A stretch of 64,000 bases of DNA from Vicinamibacteria bacterium (GTDB taxonomy: Bacteria; Acidobacteriota; Vicinamibacteria; Vicinamibacterales; JAENWD01): assembly GCA_963800785.1 (NCBI GenBank), contig CAWDCH010000019.1, forward strand, positions 4,790-68,789. Reading direction: 5' to 3'. Below the pieces are notes generated by a model that saw only the letters and a program-made list of their open reading frames with translations, did no database searches and had not been told where the DNA came from. Of the stretch, positions 26,226 to 35,815 are shown piece after piece; position 1 is the first letter of the stretch; each line of letters begins with the position of its first letter. The position numbers and the translations under genes were made by a program.

Positions 26226-26763
26226 CGCGGTTCAACTCAGAGCTTTCCGCACAGAGCGAATCGATAACGGCACGATGATGATCGATGCCCGCTTCGACCT
26301 TGTTGAGACCCTCGGCAAGTGCGTCCACTTGGGACGCCATCGCCTCTCGATCCACGGGTACAGCCCCCAAGTCGGCTCGAGCAATCCAGAGTTCCACGAG
26401 CCGCTCGGCCAGCTCTCCAGATTCGTTCTGAAGTCTCTGAGCGTCCTCGAGCCGCCGGCGGAGCTCAACGCATGCTCCCGCTCGGTTGCCTTCGAGCATC
26501 CCTTCGCCTAGCGTCTCTGGTAGCTGATTAAGGATCGCGACGAGAGACGCCGTGACACGAGTGTGCTCTGCCGTCAGTTCGTCGATTTTCTTGCTGTAAT
26601 TGACGTTCGCCCCCATCGCTTTCGATTTGCGAAGAAGGTCATTCATTTGGTCCCTGAGGGCCTGCTCTTCCGCGAGCATCTGTGGCCGTCGTGCCACCGC
26701 CGCGGCGCGTTTCTCAGCTTTTCGGATGCGCGAACGTTCAGAGCGCCGGGCGCACATCGCCAC
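26215..26763 (-). CDS. coiled-coil protein co-transcribed with the HEPN gene
   Basis: 182 aa, rich in long helical heptads (LAEEQALRDQMNDLLRKSK..., RRRLEDAQRLQNESGELAERLVELW). Its 3' end overlaps the HEPN start by 11 nt. Confidence 0.5.
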   Translation of the reverse strand: MAMCARRSERSRIRKAEKRAAAVARRPQMLAEEQALRDQMNDLLRKSKAMGANVNYSKKIDELTAEHTRVTASLVAILNQLPETLGEGMLEGNRAGACVELRRRLEDAQRLQNESGELAERLVELWIARADLGAVPVDREAMASQVDALAEGLNKVEAGIDHHRAVIDSLCAESSELNRDAR

Positions 26764-26865
26764 AATCCTCTGTCGCCCACGCGGCGTGGGGGAGGGGTCG
26801 CGTCACAATCCGGGTCACAAATGAAAACCCGGATGGCGGCTCGCGACTGTAAATGACTGTCACAA

Positions 26866-26911
26866 TTGGTCGGGGCGACTGGATTCGAACCAGCGACCCC
26901 CTGCGCCCAAG
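26866..26911 (-). repeat. tRNA-Pro(UGG) 3' segment, att-type direct repeat copy 2
   Basis: Identical 46 nt to 6359..6404. The preceding sequence in tRNA orientation (...GGTTAGAGC) cannot form the anticodon stem and no 5' acceptor strand is found. Confidence 0.8.
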
Positions 26912-26935
26912 GCTCTAACCGATCGTGGCACATGG

Positions 26936-26965
26936 CAGCCGACCCCGGAATTCCGGGGTCGGCTG
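26936..26965. repeat. perfect 30-bp palindrome
   Basis: CAGCCGACCCCGGAATTCCGGGGTCGGCTG has 15-bp arms, no loop and a central GAATTC. It lies 24 bp from the att repeat. Confidence 0.9.
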
Positions 26966-26989
26966 TCACTGATGATGGCCGTCCGAAGT

Positions 26990-27180
26990 CGCATGTGGTC
27001 GCGTTTCTCGGAATGGCTTGCTAGTTCTTGCAAGGAAGCGGGCGCGCCATCGGTCAGGACGATAAGTGCCATAAAATCGGAGCTCACTCGGCCCGCAAAT
27101 CGGGCCCATGGCACTCGACGAGCTGAGCGTGATGAACAAGACCAGCTTGGTGCCAACGCACGGTAGCTCGTGGCGTGTCG
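26990..27180 (-). pseudogene. heavily decayed integrase-core-type transposase N-terminal remnant
   Basis: TPRATVRWHQAGLV, then in a shifted frame LFITLSSSS..MGPICGPSELRFYGTYRPDRWRARFL. This is reminiscent of ..KPeTvi.WHRkGFRLFWtWKsR...GAPRIHGELLKLGi.vs..tV.rYl. Confidence 0.25.
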
Positions 27181-27364
27181 AAGCTGTTTAGAGGTTCACG
27201 ACGTTCACCAGGTTCCTCCCGCTGGCGCGAAAGCTTAAAGCGTTTTCTCGTCGATTCCATTGAGCTTCGCCACATACTCGAAGGGTATGGCCTCGTGAGC
27301 CACAGCGTAAGGTTGGAGTTCCCGAACCTCCTTGCTGCGAGTGCGGCTCAGCACGGACGCTGAG

Positions 27365-27545
27365 ATGCACAGAATTCTTTACGCGAGCAGCAGGGAGCCC
27401 ACGGTGCTCCGGTCCTCAGGATCCAGAGGATGCCATTGAGCACCGCACGGCTCTCCCTCTACGGGCGCTCTCGACCGTCTTCGCGGCGCCCGGCTCAAGC
27501 AAGAAGCGCCCAATGAAGTCCCACTGCACGTCCGTGAGGTCACGG
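27365..27545 (-). pseudogene. IS5-family (DUF4096 N-terminal) transposase remnant
   Basis: LTDVQWDFIGRFLLEPG....RGRAV, then frame-shifted LNGILWILRTGAPW. This is the standard N-terminus of IS5/IS4-type transposases, truncated after about 60 codons. Confidence 0.5.
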
Positions 27546-27746
27546 GGATGAGTCGCAGCAGGAAGGGCTATCCAGCAGAATGACCCCTGTCGCCTTCCGG
27601 TTATTGGCGCCGCCGAGCCTTCAGTAGCCACAACGGCGTTGATCGTTACTAACATCCGGCATCCGCCGCGCGCACTAACCGGCGGCGACACCAGTCATGC
27701 AAACTGCGCATCCGGCTTCGTGCCATCGTTAGGGCCCAGGCCCACT

Positions 27747-29318
27747 CTAGAGGCTAGACAACGTAGGCCGCTTCGTATGCCACCCTGTTGCTTGCTCGTA
27801 AGCATGCGCGAGCGCGAGCACCTTCGCCTCGCCGAACCGCGGTCCGCTGATCTGCATACCGATCGGCAGTCCCGAACGTGTAAAGCCGCACGGGAGAGAA
27901 ATAGTCGGGAGACCGTAGACATTGAAAGGCGCCGTGTTGCGGATCATCTCCCGTTCAATTCCGAGACGCACGGCTTCTTCAATGGTCGGCGGCGGCACCG
28001 CCGTCGTCGGAGTGACCAGTACGTCCACGCTCGAGAACGCGGCGACAATCGTCCGGCGCGCCTCGTCAAGGTCACGGCGCGACTGAATGTAAGCCGCGGT
28101 CGTCACTTCCGAGCCTTGCCGTAGATTCCGGCTGATGCTGGGGTGATAGAGCTGCGGCGTCTTCGCGAAGTAGGGTGCGTGGAACGCGTAATTCTCGGCG
28201 AAGACGATGTTTGGCGCAATCGTGTCTGAGATCGGCTGCAGGCTGACTTCTCGAACGTCGCTGGTCAGGCGGCGCAGCACTTTTAGCGCTGTACTCAGCG
28301 CCGCGTCGATCTCCGGATCGAGTTGATCGTAGAAGACGGCGCGAGGGACGCCCAGCCGTAGCGCTGAGACTTTGGCTCGCAGGGCCGCCGTATAGTCCGG
28401 TATCGGCGCTTCTACGCTGGTGGTGTCGCGCGGGTCGTGGCCGGCTATGGCGGAGAGCAGGAGCGCGGCGTCTGCCACGCTACGGCAGATCGGGCCGACG
28501 TGGTTCATCGACCACCAGCCCGCGTCCCCGGCGCCGCGCATGCTGACCAACCCATACGTCGGCTTGAGGCCGACGATTCCGCAATAAGCTGACGGCACGC
28601 GTATCGATCCGCCCGCGTCCGTCCCGACCGCTCCGAAACAGAGGCCGGCCGCGACGGCTGCAGCCGATCCACCCGACGAGCCACCGGCAATTCGATCGTG
28701 TTGCCACGGGTTATGGACCGGGCCGAAGTGGCTGACGGCTGCAGTCGTGCCGAAGGCAATTTCATGCAGATTCTGCTTGCCGAGCAGAACAGCTCCGCCG
28801 GCTTTTAGCCGGCGGACGACTTCGGCGTCGTCGGAAGGCACGCGATCCTTGAAAACGGCGCTGGCCAAGGTCGTGCGTACGCCTGCCGTATCGATGTTGT
28901 CCTTGAGTCCGATCGGGATGCCATGGAGCGGCCCGCGCCACCTGCCGCGCCGCACGTCAGCTTCGGCTTCACGCGCTTGCGCCATCGCCTCCTCGGCGGT
29001 CACGGTGATAAAGGCGTTGAGAGAAGGGTTCAGCCGCTCGATCCGCTCCAGACAGGCGCGCGTCAGCTCGAGCGGCGAGATTGCTTTTCTGCGCATTAGC
29101 TCGCCGGCTTCGCGAATACTCAGCGTGGTGTGGTCAGTACGATGTTCCTTGCCGACGAATGTCTGCTGAACGGCCGTGAGCTCTTCGGCGAGATCCGAGT
29201 TCATTAGCAGGATTCCGCCGTAGCAAACACCGGCTCTCATGAAAGATCTTCGTGACCAGACCTCTTGCGACGAACTCCAGTGCAACGGTGCGTCGGTCGT
29301 CTGGCGATCCTTGTTCAT
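27747..29318 (-). CDS. amidase-signature family amidase (GatA-like) with Tat-type leader
   Basis: Signature GGSSGGSAAAVAAGLCFGAVGTDAGGSIRVPSAYCGIVGLKPTYG. ATG 29318 gives MNKDRQ...WSRRSFMRAGVCYGGILL. Confidence 0.9.
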   Translation of the reverse strand: MNKDRQTTDAPLHWSSSQEVWSRRSFMRAGVCYGGILLMNSDLAEELTAVQQTFVGKEHRTDHTTLSIREAGELMRRKAISPLELTRACLERIERLNPSLNAFITVTAEEAMAQAREAEADVRRGRWRGPLHGIPIGLKDNIDTAGVRTTLASAVFKDRVPSDDAEVVRRLKAGGAVLLGKQNLHEIAFGTTAAVSHFGPVHNPWQHDRIAGGSSGGSAAAVAAGLCFGAVGTDAGGSIRVPSAYCGIVGLKPTYGLVSMRGAGDAGWWSMNHVGPICRSVADAALLLSAIAGHDPRDTTSVEAPIPDYTAALRAKVSALRLGVPRAVFYDQLDPEIDAALSTALKVLRRLTSDVREVSLQPISDTIAPNIVFAENYAFHAPYFAKTPQLYHPSISRNLRQGSEVTTAAYIQSRRDLDEARRTIVAAFSSVDVLVTPTTAVPPPTIEEAVRLGIEREMIRNTAPFNVYGLPTISLPCGFTRSGLPIGMQISGPRFGEAKVLALAHAYEQATGWHTKRPTLSSL

Positions 29319-29900
29319 GACGTCACCGTTCTCATTCACCTTGTCACGAAGCCTAACGTTGCATGACGGACAGCGCCGTCTTAGGGCCAGTTTCCGCTGC
29401 TTATGGACGTTGGACGCCACAACGCGACTGTTCGACCGCGTCATTATCCTTGCGTTTTTCCCGCCGAGAAAGTCCTGCGAACATCGACACGTCCACGACC
29501 ATCAGTCGGCGACGAAAGCCCGCCAGCGGCAGAACCACAGGATTTCTGCCTCGGCCGCAGCAACTGATTGTGGGTGTGGTGTCCATGTGCACCCAGTTCG
29601 CATCGACTGCCCCACGATTACTCCTGAGTAGCGGCCCACTCAATTCAATCGCGCCTCATCAGACCAGAAACTGTGCGTCATCGTGACCGACGGTGGGTGA
29701 CTGCGCGTAGGATCGGGCGGCGCATCCGGGGACCGAGGCCGCAGCGACACTGGTGCTGGTGTGCCCGTCGAGTAGCGTGGCCCGGGGAGTGACGGCATCA
29801 TCAGTGGTGACGCACTCTGTGGGGTGTGATCCCGTTTAGGAGTCTGTTCGCGAATCCGTCTCCCTGTTCCTGGATGTGCCTTCTCGCAGGGAGGATCCCG

Positions 29901-31292
29901 ATGACCGATCAGCCTCGCCGTCGCCGCAGCAAGCCGCGCTCCTCGCCGTACGTGTTGGAGCGCATCAATCCCCATGCGGCGGGGATTGACTGTGGTTCGA
30001 CCGCGCACTTCGTCGCGGTGCCGCCCGATCGCGACGCGACGCCGGTGCAGTCATTCCGCACGTTTACCACCGATCTGCATCGGCTGGCCGACTGGCTCGT
30101 GGCCTGTCGGGTGACCAGTGTGGCGATGGAGGCGACCGGCGTCTTTTGGATTCCGGTGTACGAGATCCTCGAAGCGCGAGGTCTCGAGGTACACCTCGTG
30201 AATGCGCGGCATGTGCAGAATGTGCCCGGGCGGAAGAGCGACGTGTCCGACTGCGAGTGGTTGCGCGACTTGCACAGCGTTGGGCTCTTGCGAGGCAGCT
30301 TTCGTCCGGTTGATGCGATGGTCACGCTGCGCGCCTACGTCCGGCATCGACAGACCCTCGTGGACACCGCTGCGATGCACATCCAGCGCATGCAGAAAGC
30401 CTTGATCCAGATGAATCTCCAGTTGCCGTTTGTGGTCAGTGACATCACCGGCCTGACGGGGCTCCGCATCCTGCGCGACATTGTCGCGGGCCAGCGCGAC
30501 CCAGCGCAGCTCGCGCAGCACCGGGATCGTCGGTGCCGCGCGTCAGAGGCCGAGATTGTGGCTGCGCTGACCGGTCACTATCGCCCGGAGCATCTCTTCG
30601 CGCTCCGACAGAATCTGGAACTCTTCGATGCGTGTCAGGCGCAGCTCGTGGATTGCGATCGGGCCATCGCCGCGCACGTCCAGCAACTGACCGCCCAACT
30701 GGCCGTGCCGGCCGCGCCGGTGCCGGCGCCACGGGTGACGCGAAAGCCGCGGGCCACCGATCCCGCCTTCGAGATCCGGACGTCGCTCCACCATCTCACC
30801 GGGGGCGTCGATCTGACACAGATCGACGGCATCGCGCCCTACACCGCGCTCAAGTTGGTTTCTGAAATCGGCACCGATATGCGGCGATGGCCCACCGCGC
30901 AGCACTTCACGTCGTGGCTGACGCTCGCGCCCAAAAACAAGGTCTCGGGCGGCCGGCTGCTCAGCGCGCGCACCCAGCCCTCTGCGAATCGCGCGGCCGC
31001 TATCCTGCGTCTTGCCGCCACAAGCCTGGGCCGCACGCAGACCGCTCTCGGCGCGTTTTATCGTCGATTGGCCGCGCGCATTGGCAAGCCCCAAGCAATC
31101 ACCGCCACCGCGCGCAAGCTCGCCATCCTGATTTACCACACGCTCAAGGGCGACTTCGTGTATCGCGATCCGGGCGCCGATGCGTACGATGCCCAACAGC
31201 GCGCCCGCATCCTCCGCCGGTTGCGTCAGCGTGCCGACCAACTTGGGTTTACGCTCCTTAATCGCGAGACCGGGGAAATACTCGCAGGTTAG
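29901..31292 (+). CDS. IS110-family transposase
   Basis: ATG 29901 follows GGGAGGA. Motifs: AAGIDCGSTAHFVAV, VAMEATGVFWIPVYEIL, VNARHVQNVPGRKSDVSDCEWL, and a C-terminal helix-hairpin-helix region (IDGIAPYTALKLVSEIG, ...GGRLLSARTQ...). Confidence 0.9.
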   Translation: MTDQPRRRRSKPRSSPYVLERINPHAAGIDCGSTAHFVAVPPDRDATPVQSFRTFTTDLHRLADWLVACRVTSVAMEATGVFWIPVYEILEARGLEVHLVNARHVQNVPGRKSDVSDCEWLRDLHSVGLLRGSFRPVDAMVTLRAYVRHRQTLVDTAAMHIQRMQKALIQMNLQLPFVVSDITGLTGLRILRDIVAGQRDPAQLAQHRDRRCRASEAEIVAALTGHYRPEHLFALRQNLELFDACQAQLVDCDRAIAAHVQQLTAQLAVPAAPVPAPRVTRKPRATDPAFEIRTSLHHLTGGVDLTQIDGIAPYTALKLVSEIGTDMRRWPTAQHFTSWLTLAPKNKVSGGRLLSARTQPSANRAAAILRLAATSLGRTQTALGAFYRRLAARIGKPQAITATARKLAILIYHTLKGDFVYRDPGADAYDAQQRARILRRLRQRADQLGFTLLNRETGEILAG

Positions 31293-31544
31293 TTTCTTAG
31301 GAGTCGCCAAGGGACGAGCAATCTCCTATTGAGGGGTCGGTCGTCGGTGCGGCGTGTACGAGGACCTATCTCTGTCAGGAGGGTCAGGGTCGTAGAACGG
31401 GCCTTGCGTTAACCTTCGAGAGGCCGCTAATGCTTCCTAATAGGCGCACGGCCCACGCTCGCGCCCACTCGAGCCGCGAAGGTTGACGTAGGATGGGCGC
31501 CGATGTGGAACGCGATCCATTCCAGCTGGCATGAGGAGACGGTA

Positions 31545-32555
31545 ATGAAGCCAAAGGGTATGCGCAAGCGGTCCGGTGCGATTGTGCTTCTCCTGACGGT
31601 GGCGGGACCCGCGCGCCCGTTCGCGGCCGCAGATGCGGCGCCGCCCGAGACGGTCATGCGGGCGCAGTTCGAGGCGTGGTTCAAGGAGATCTCGAACTGG
31701 GGGCGCTGGGGCAAGGACGACGAGCTGGGGACGCTCAACCTGATCACACCGGCGAAGCGCAAGGCGGCGGCCGCGCTGGTGCGAGATGGCGTGACCGTGT
31801 CGCTCTCGGTCGATCTGAACAAGCAGAAGGACGAATTCAATCCCAACCCGCTCGAGCAGACGCTCACGGTCGAGCAGTTCGGCGGACACGAGCTGGCCGG
31901 AGATCGCTACGCGATCGAGTACCACGGCTTTGCCCACTCGCACATGGACGGACTCACGCACTTCGCGCACCAGGGCAAGCTGTACAACGGCATCCCGGTG
32001 GATGTGCTCGAGCAGGGCGGTGCCCGCAAGCTCGGCATACAGAACGTGAAGAACGGCATCTTCACGCGCGGCGTGCTGGTCGACATCCCCTGGCTGCGCG
32101 GCGTGGACTTCCTCGAGCCCGGAACCGGGATCACGAGCGAGGATCTGGAGGCGTGGGAATCGAAGACGGGCGTTAAAGTGGGCAGCGGCGACGTGCTGTT
32201 GATCCGCGTCGGTCGCTGGCAACGGGCGCGCACGAAGGGCCCGTGGAACTTCCTCGAGGCGGGCGCGGCGGGCTCTCAGGCCTCGGTCGCCCGGTGGCTC
32301 AAGGCACGCGACGTGGCGATGATCGGTTCCGACGGCGAGAACGACGTGATACCGTCCAACGTCGAGGGGCTGGTGAACCCGCTGCACGAGCTGGTGCTCG
32401 TGAGTCTGGGCATGCCGATCCTCGACAACCTCGATCTGGACCCGCTGACCCGCGAAGCGCGGCAGCGGGGCCGCTGGACGTTTTTGTTCGTCGGCTTGCC
32501 GCTCCGCGTTCCGGGCGGCACCGGATCTCCGCTGAACCCGCTCGCGATTTTCTGA
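31545..32555 (+). CDS. secreted cyclase-family protein (kynurenine-formamidase-like fold)
   Basis: ATG 31545 follows GAGGAG and is followed by a signal peptide. Motifs: YHGFAHSHMDGLTHF, GVLVDIPW, GDVLLIRVGRW, MIGSDGENDV. Confidence 0.8.
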   Translation: MKPKGMRKRSGAIVLLLTVAGPARPFAAADAAPPETVMRAQFEAWFKEISNWGRWGKDDELGTLNLITPAKRKAAAALVRDGVTVSLSVDLNKQKDEFNPNPLEQTLTVEQFGGHELAGDRYAIEYHGFAHSHMDGLTHFAHQGKLYNGIPVDVLEQGGARKLGIQNVKNGIFTRGVLVDIPWLRGVDFLEPGTGITSEDLEAWESKTGVKVGSGDVLLIRVGRWQRARTKGPWNFLEAGAAGSQASVARWLKARDVAMIGSDGENDVIPSNVEGLVNPLHELVLVSLGMPILDNLDLDPLTREARQRGRWTFLFVGLPLRVPGGTGSPLNPLAIF

Positions 32556-32937
32556 CCGGAGGCGCAGCACGGTTGTGCTGCCGCAAAGACGGCACGGACC
32601 CTCGGTGGGACGCGTCAGCCTAAACTTTTCCGATGCCTGCGACCCGGGTGCTTGTCGGCGGCGACGAAGCCGCTCGCGAGGTTCCTCGTTCGCCCCGCTG
32701 ACACTTCGAAGTTCCTGCGGGCGAACGCACGTGCCGCCGGTGTCTGGTCGACCGCGGCCAGCCGCTGATTTGTCGGAGAGACCGATCTGTGAAACCAGAT
32801 TGGTCCTCACTGGTCGCCCAGTGTTTAGGAAAAGCCGAGGGCACTCTTGAAATCGCACCAGTCGAGGCCGGGCGGCCGAGCGACGCAGGTTCACCACGTT
32901 CATAGGTTCCCCCGCTACCGGCTCGGCGCTTAGGTCC

Positions 32938-33522
32938 GTGCGATCATGGGGATACGAAAACGCGCTGATGAGTACGTTTCTCGGTCCCGTTCAGCACGAA
33001 GAAGACGAAATCAGCGTCGTGCTCGGTGACACGCGTCGTGCGGAGTCGTACCGACTGGTTGAGCTGACTCGGCAACTGTATCCCAATCAAAAAGATAGGG
33101 TCGTCAATGTTTCACGCTATTACCTGTTGCGCCGCCCACCCGTCATCGTCGATTTCGAGCCCGCGCGATCCACAGGGCCGATGCACTGCGAACAGAAACG
33201 CCGATGGTGTCAGGGACAAGGGATTGTGTACGTCCCCATTTTCTTGGGCGACCAGCTTACGAGAGAGCAGTTCGCCGAACGTGTCCGGCTCGAACAGTGC
33301 GCAATGGAGCGAGGTTGCCGAGATCAAAGAGAGCATGCGGCTCTAGATGCCGTTTCGTTGAACGCGTACGATCCGCCAGGAGACCCGGAACGCGACATCG
33401 ACCGTATGGCCCTCGAACTGTTGGAGGCGGAAACGCGTCGGCATGGCAATCTGCGAGGTGCTGCCCGCGCAAATCGACTTGCACATCTGAAACGTCAGTT
33501 GCTCCTGGGTTCGACCATCTAG
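32938..33522 (+). CDS. hypothetical protein
   Basis: 194-aa ORF with no recognised motif. The alternative start is ATG 32968. Confidence 0.4.
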   Translation: MRSWGYENALMSTFLGPVQHEEDEISVVLGDTRRAESYRLVELTRQLYPNQKDRVVNVSRYYLLRRPPVIVDFEPARSTGPMHCEQKRRWCQGQGIVYVPIFLGDQLTREQFAERVRLEQCAMERGCRDQREHAALDAVSLNAYDPPGDPERDIDRMALELLEAETRRHGNLRGAARANRLAHLKRQLLLGSTI

Positions 33523-33820
33523 CGCTTTTGCGCGGTTCGGTCTGCGTGTTCAATCGTTCGCATGCGCCTCGCTGAACGCTCCTGGTCGCCCTGCCGGGAC
33601 AATAACGCTGCCGCGCTTCGCACGCGCAGTGCCACTGCCGTGTTCACGTCAACGCCTACCTGCCAGGCCGACATTTGGCAGACGTTGCCTTATGAATCGT
33701 AGGCCCCAGGATATGCGTGCACTTCAGATGGGAATGCCGGACAAGAGCAGGCTCCGTTGACTCTGGGACAGAAGTACGCGACCGTTCAACTGCTACGGAA
33801 CCGATCCTGCGAGGCATTGT

Positions 33821-34060
33821 GTGAGGTTCATTCGGCGGCATGAACTCATTCGGCTTACGGGGCTCAGCCGCCCGACCCTTGATCGGTTGGAACGAGCAGG
33901 AGCCTTCCCGCTGCGCCGACGTCTGTCGGCTGGAGCCGTTGGTTGGATCGATGTCGAGATCGAGGAGTGGCTTAAGAGTCGCGCCACTGCGGCGACCGAA
34001 CAGGCACCGGCGACTACCGACGCTATCAGCCCATTTCAGAGTGGCCTTGGGCGTTTTTGA
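33821..34060 (+). CDS. AlpA-family phage/island transcriptional regulator
   Basis: RFIRRHELIRLTGLSRPTLDRLERAGAFPLRRRLSAGAVGWIDVEIEEWLKSR matches the AlpA/Xis pattern (l.GlSrsTiyRl...G.FP.p.klg.ravgW...ei..Wl). Confidence 0.75.
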   Translation: MRFIRRHELIRLTGLSRPTLDRLERAGAFPLRRRLSAGAVGWIDVEIEEWLKSRATAATEQAPATTDAISPFQSGLGRF

Positions 34061-34248
34061 GCGCTTGGAGAGTGGGGAAATTCGCCGGGCCCTGGGACGT
34101 CCTCCGTCGCAGTCCCAGACTTTAGCCTCAGCGCAAATGCCGCCTGCTCCCGGGTAGTCCACCGCAGCTTTCAGCGCGTGGCACTGGGTCGCCATCCAGC
34201 CCCAGCAGGGGTCGTGCCTGTGGGAAATCTACAGCCGCTCCGTACTCC

Positions 34249-34335
34249 GCAGCGACGGGTAAACTCTGTCTGAGGCGCTGCTAAACATCCGAGGCTCATT
34301 GATGCCGCCGGTCGCGCACGCCTGCGGTGCCTAGC
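34249..34335 (+). repeat. IS3-like orfA-5' relic, copy A
   Basis: GCAGCGACGGGTAAACTCTGTCTGAGGCGCTGCTAAACATCCGAGGCTCATTGATGCCGCC... aligns with copies at 37021, 42906, 43.7 kb, 50.3 kb and 58.2 kb. Confidence 0.6.
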
Positions 34336-34844
34336 AGGTGATTGAAGAACTCCCTTCTTGAATTCTCCGGACAACCGGACAATCCTGCCTCTAAAGAGGC
34401 AGGGGTTTGTGTTCGGTCTGGTGGGTCACCGTGCCCTCGAGGGCATCGTAGTCGAGCGAATAGTCGAAGCCGTGCCATCCTAACTGAGCCGCGCGGTGAA
34501 CCTGCCGAGTGCGTTGCTGGCGACGACTGGCACCTCGCGCGTGCCCCTCAACTCGGCACCGAAGTGCGCCCACTCCTGTCCCCGCGGACGCTTACGCCCG
34601 ACAGACCCACGCCGGCAACGGCAGTTCTGATCAGGGCAAGCTTCTTCATCACACACCTCGCTGCAGGATGGTGCGGAAGTCATGAACGCGCTCGCGGTTG
34701 AAGTGCCCAGCGTTGAGAACCAGGCAACGCTGGGCGGGGTTTCACGTTGGCGTGACTCCGAGAATCCGACACTGCCTTCGGACGCACCGGACGCAGCCGG
34801 GCGCGCCGCGCACACAAAAAAGACTCCGCAGTTCGAGTGCCACA

Positions 34845-35534
34845 TCAGACGCCACTCTTCCTGCCGGTTTCGACCGTGAGAATGTACGTGACATCCAGGG
34901 AGAACACCCCGTCGCTGGTAGCCGCTGAGAAGTGAATGACGTGTTCCCCCGGTGGCAGCGGCGCTAGCAGCAGCCAAAAGCCATCAGACACGGCGGGCTC
35001 GTATATGCCTTCGGGCGCGCCGAAGATGTTACCGGCGGGCAGCGTGAGGCTGAATACGGGGGAGATTGCGCGATACCCCACCGGGTTCTCGACGGGTTGG
35101 CCATCAATGGTCACCGACATCGTGGCAATGGAGTCGATGAATGCTGCGTTTCTCGCGCGCATCTCCTCCACGGTACCTTCGTCCGCGCCCGCTAAGAACG
35201 TGTTCACGATCGGGAAGAAGAGCGCGGTTCCGGTCGGAACCGTGCAGGACCGTGTGGCCGTCCCACCGTTGGCTACTCCCGCCAGGTACCAGACCTTGGC
35301 ATCCTGGCCTTCAGCGCAATGTGCCCCCGAGTCATCTGTGAGCGGGTTGACGGCCGCCGGCGCGGCGAGCGCCCACTGCCACCACGCCGCCGTCCACTCC
35401 CCATATGACTGTCCGTACGGCTTCGTGTGCGGCGGCAGTATACGCGGGTTGGTATTCGCCGCGTGCGCCGATGACAACGGCAGAAGCAAGGCAAGGCCAA
35501 GACTGAAAACACGCGCGAGTATCACCTGTCTCAT
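34845..35534 (-). CDS. secreted hypothetical protein
   Basis: ATG 35534 follows AGGAAAC. Signal peptide MRQVILARVFSLGLALLLPLSSAHA. No known domain recognised. Confidence 0.6.
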   Translation of the reverse strand: MRQVILARVFSLGLALLLPLSSAHAANTNPRILPPHTKPYGQSYGEWTAAWWQWALAAPAAVNPLTDDSGAHCAEGQDAKVWYLAGVANGGTATRSCTVPTGTALFFPIVNTFLAGADEGTVEEMRARNAAFIDSIATMSVTIDGQPVENPVGYRAISPVFSLTLPAGNIFGAPEGIYEPAVSDGFWLLLAPLPPGEHVIHFSAATSDGVFSLDVTYILTVETGRKSGV

Positions 35535-35815
35535 AGGAGTTTCCTTTCTGAGACTGCGTTCAACGAGTCGAGCGAGAACCGGTAGCGCACACGGAGGGGG
35601 GCGCTCCCCTTGGGGGAGTGTTCCGCGGTGCCTTCCGGCTGGGTCCGGTGCCGGATAAACGGGCGGAGATGCTACCGGACCACACGTCATCCTTCAAGCA
35701 CGACTGTAAAAATCGTTGAGCGCCCTTCGGTGGGATCCAGGATATGGGCGACCCACCCAGACTCCCGCGATCACCAGCACCCACTTGGGAGACACGCCTT
35801 AGACGGCGCGCGTAG

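Noticed and set aside
26866-26950. Possible intact tRNA (a GGTTAGAGC D-arm-like string lies next to the tRNA-Pro 3' segment)
   Set aside because: Only 17 nt separate GAGC from the T-arm, nothing pairs with the GCAGG anticodon-stem strand, and there is no CGGGGCG acceptor 5' strand. The CGGGGTC nearby belongs to the 30-bp palindrome.
31437-32903. 488-aa minus-strand ORF
   Set aside because: It is antisense to the well-supported cyclase-family gene. The translation is Arg/Pro/Gly-rich with no motifs, as expected for open antisense frames in high-GC DNA.
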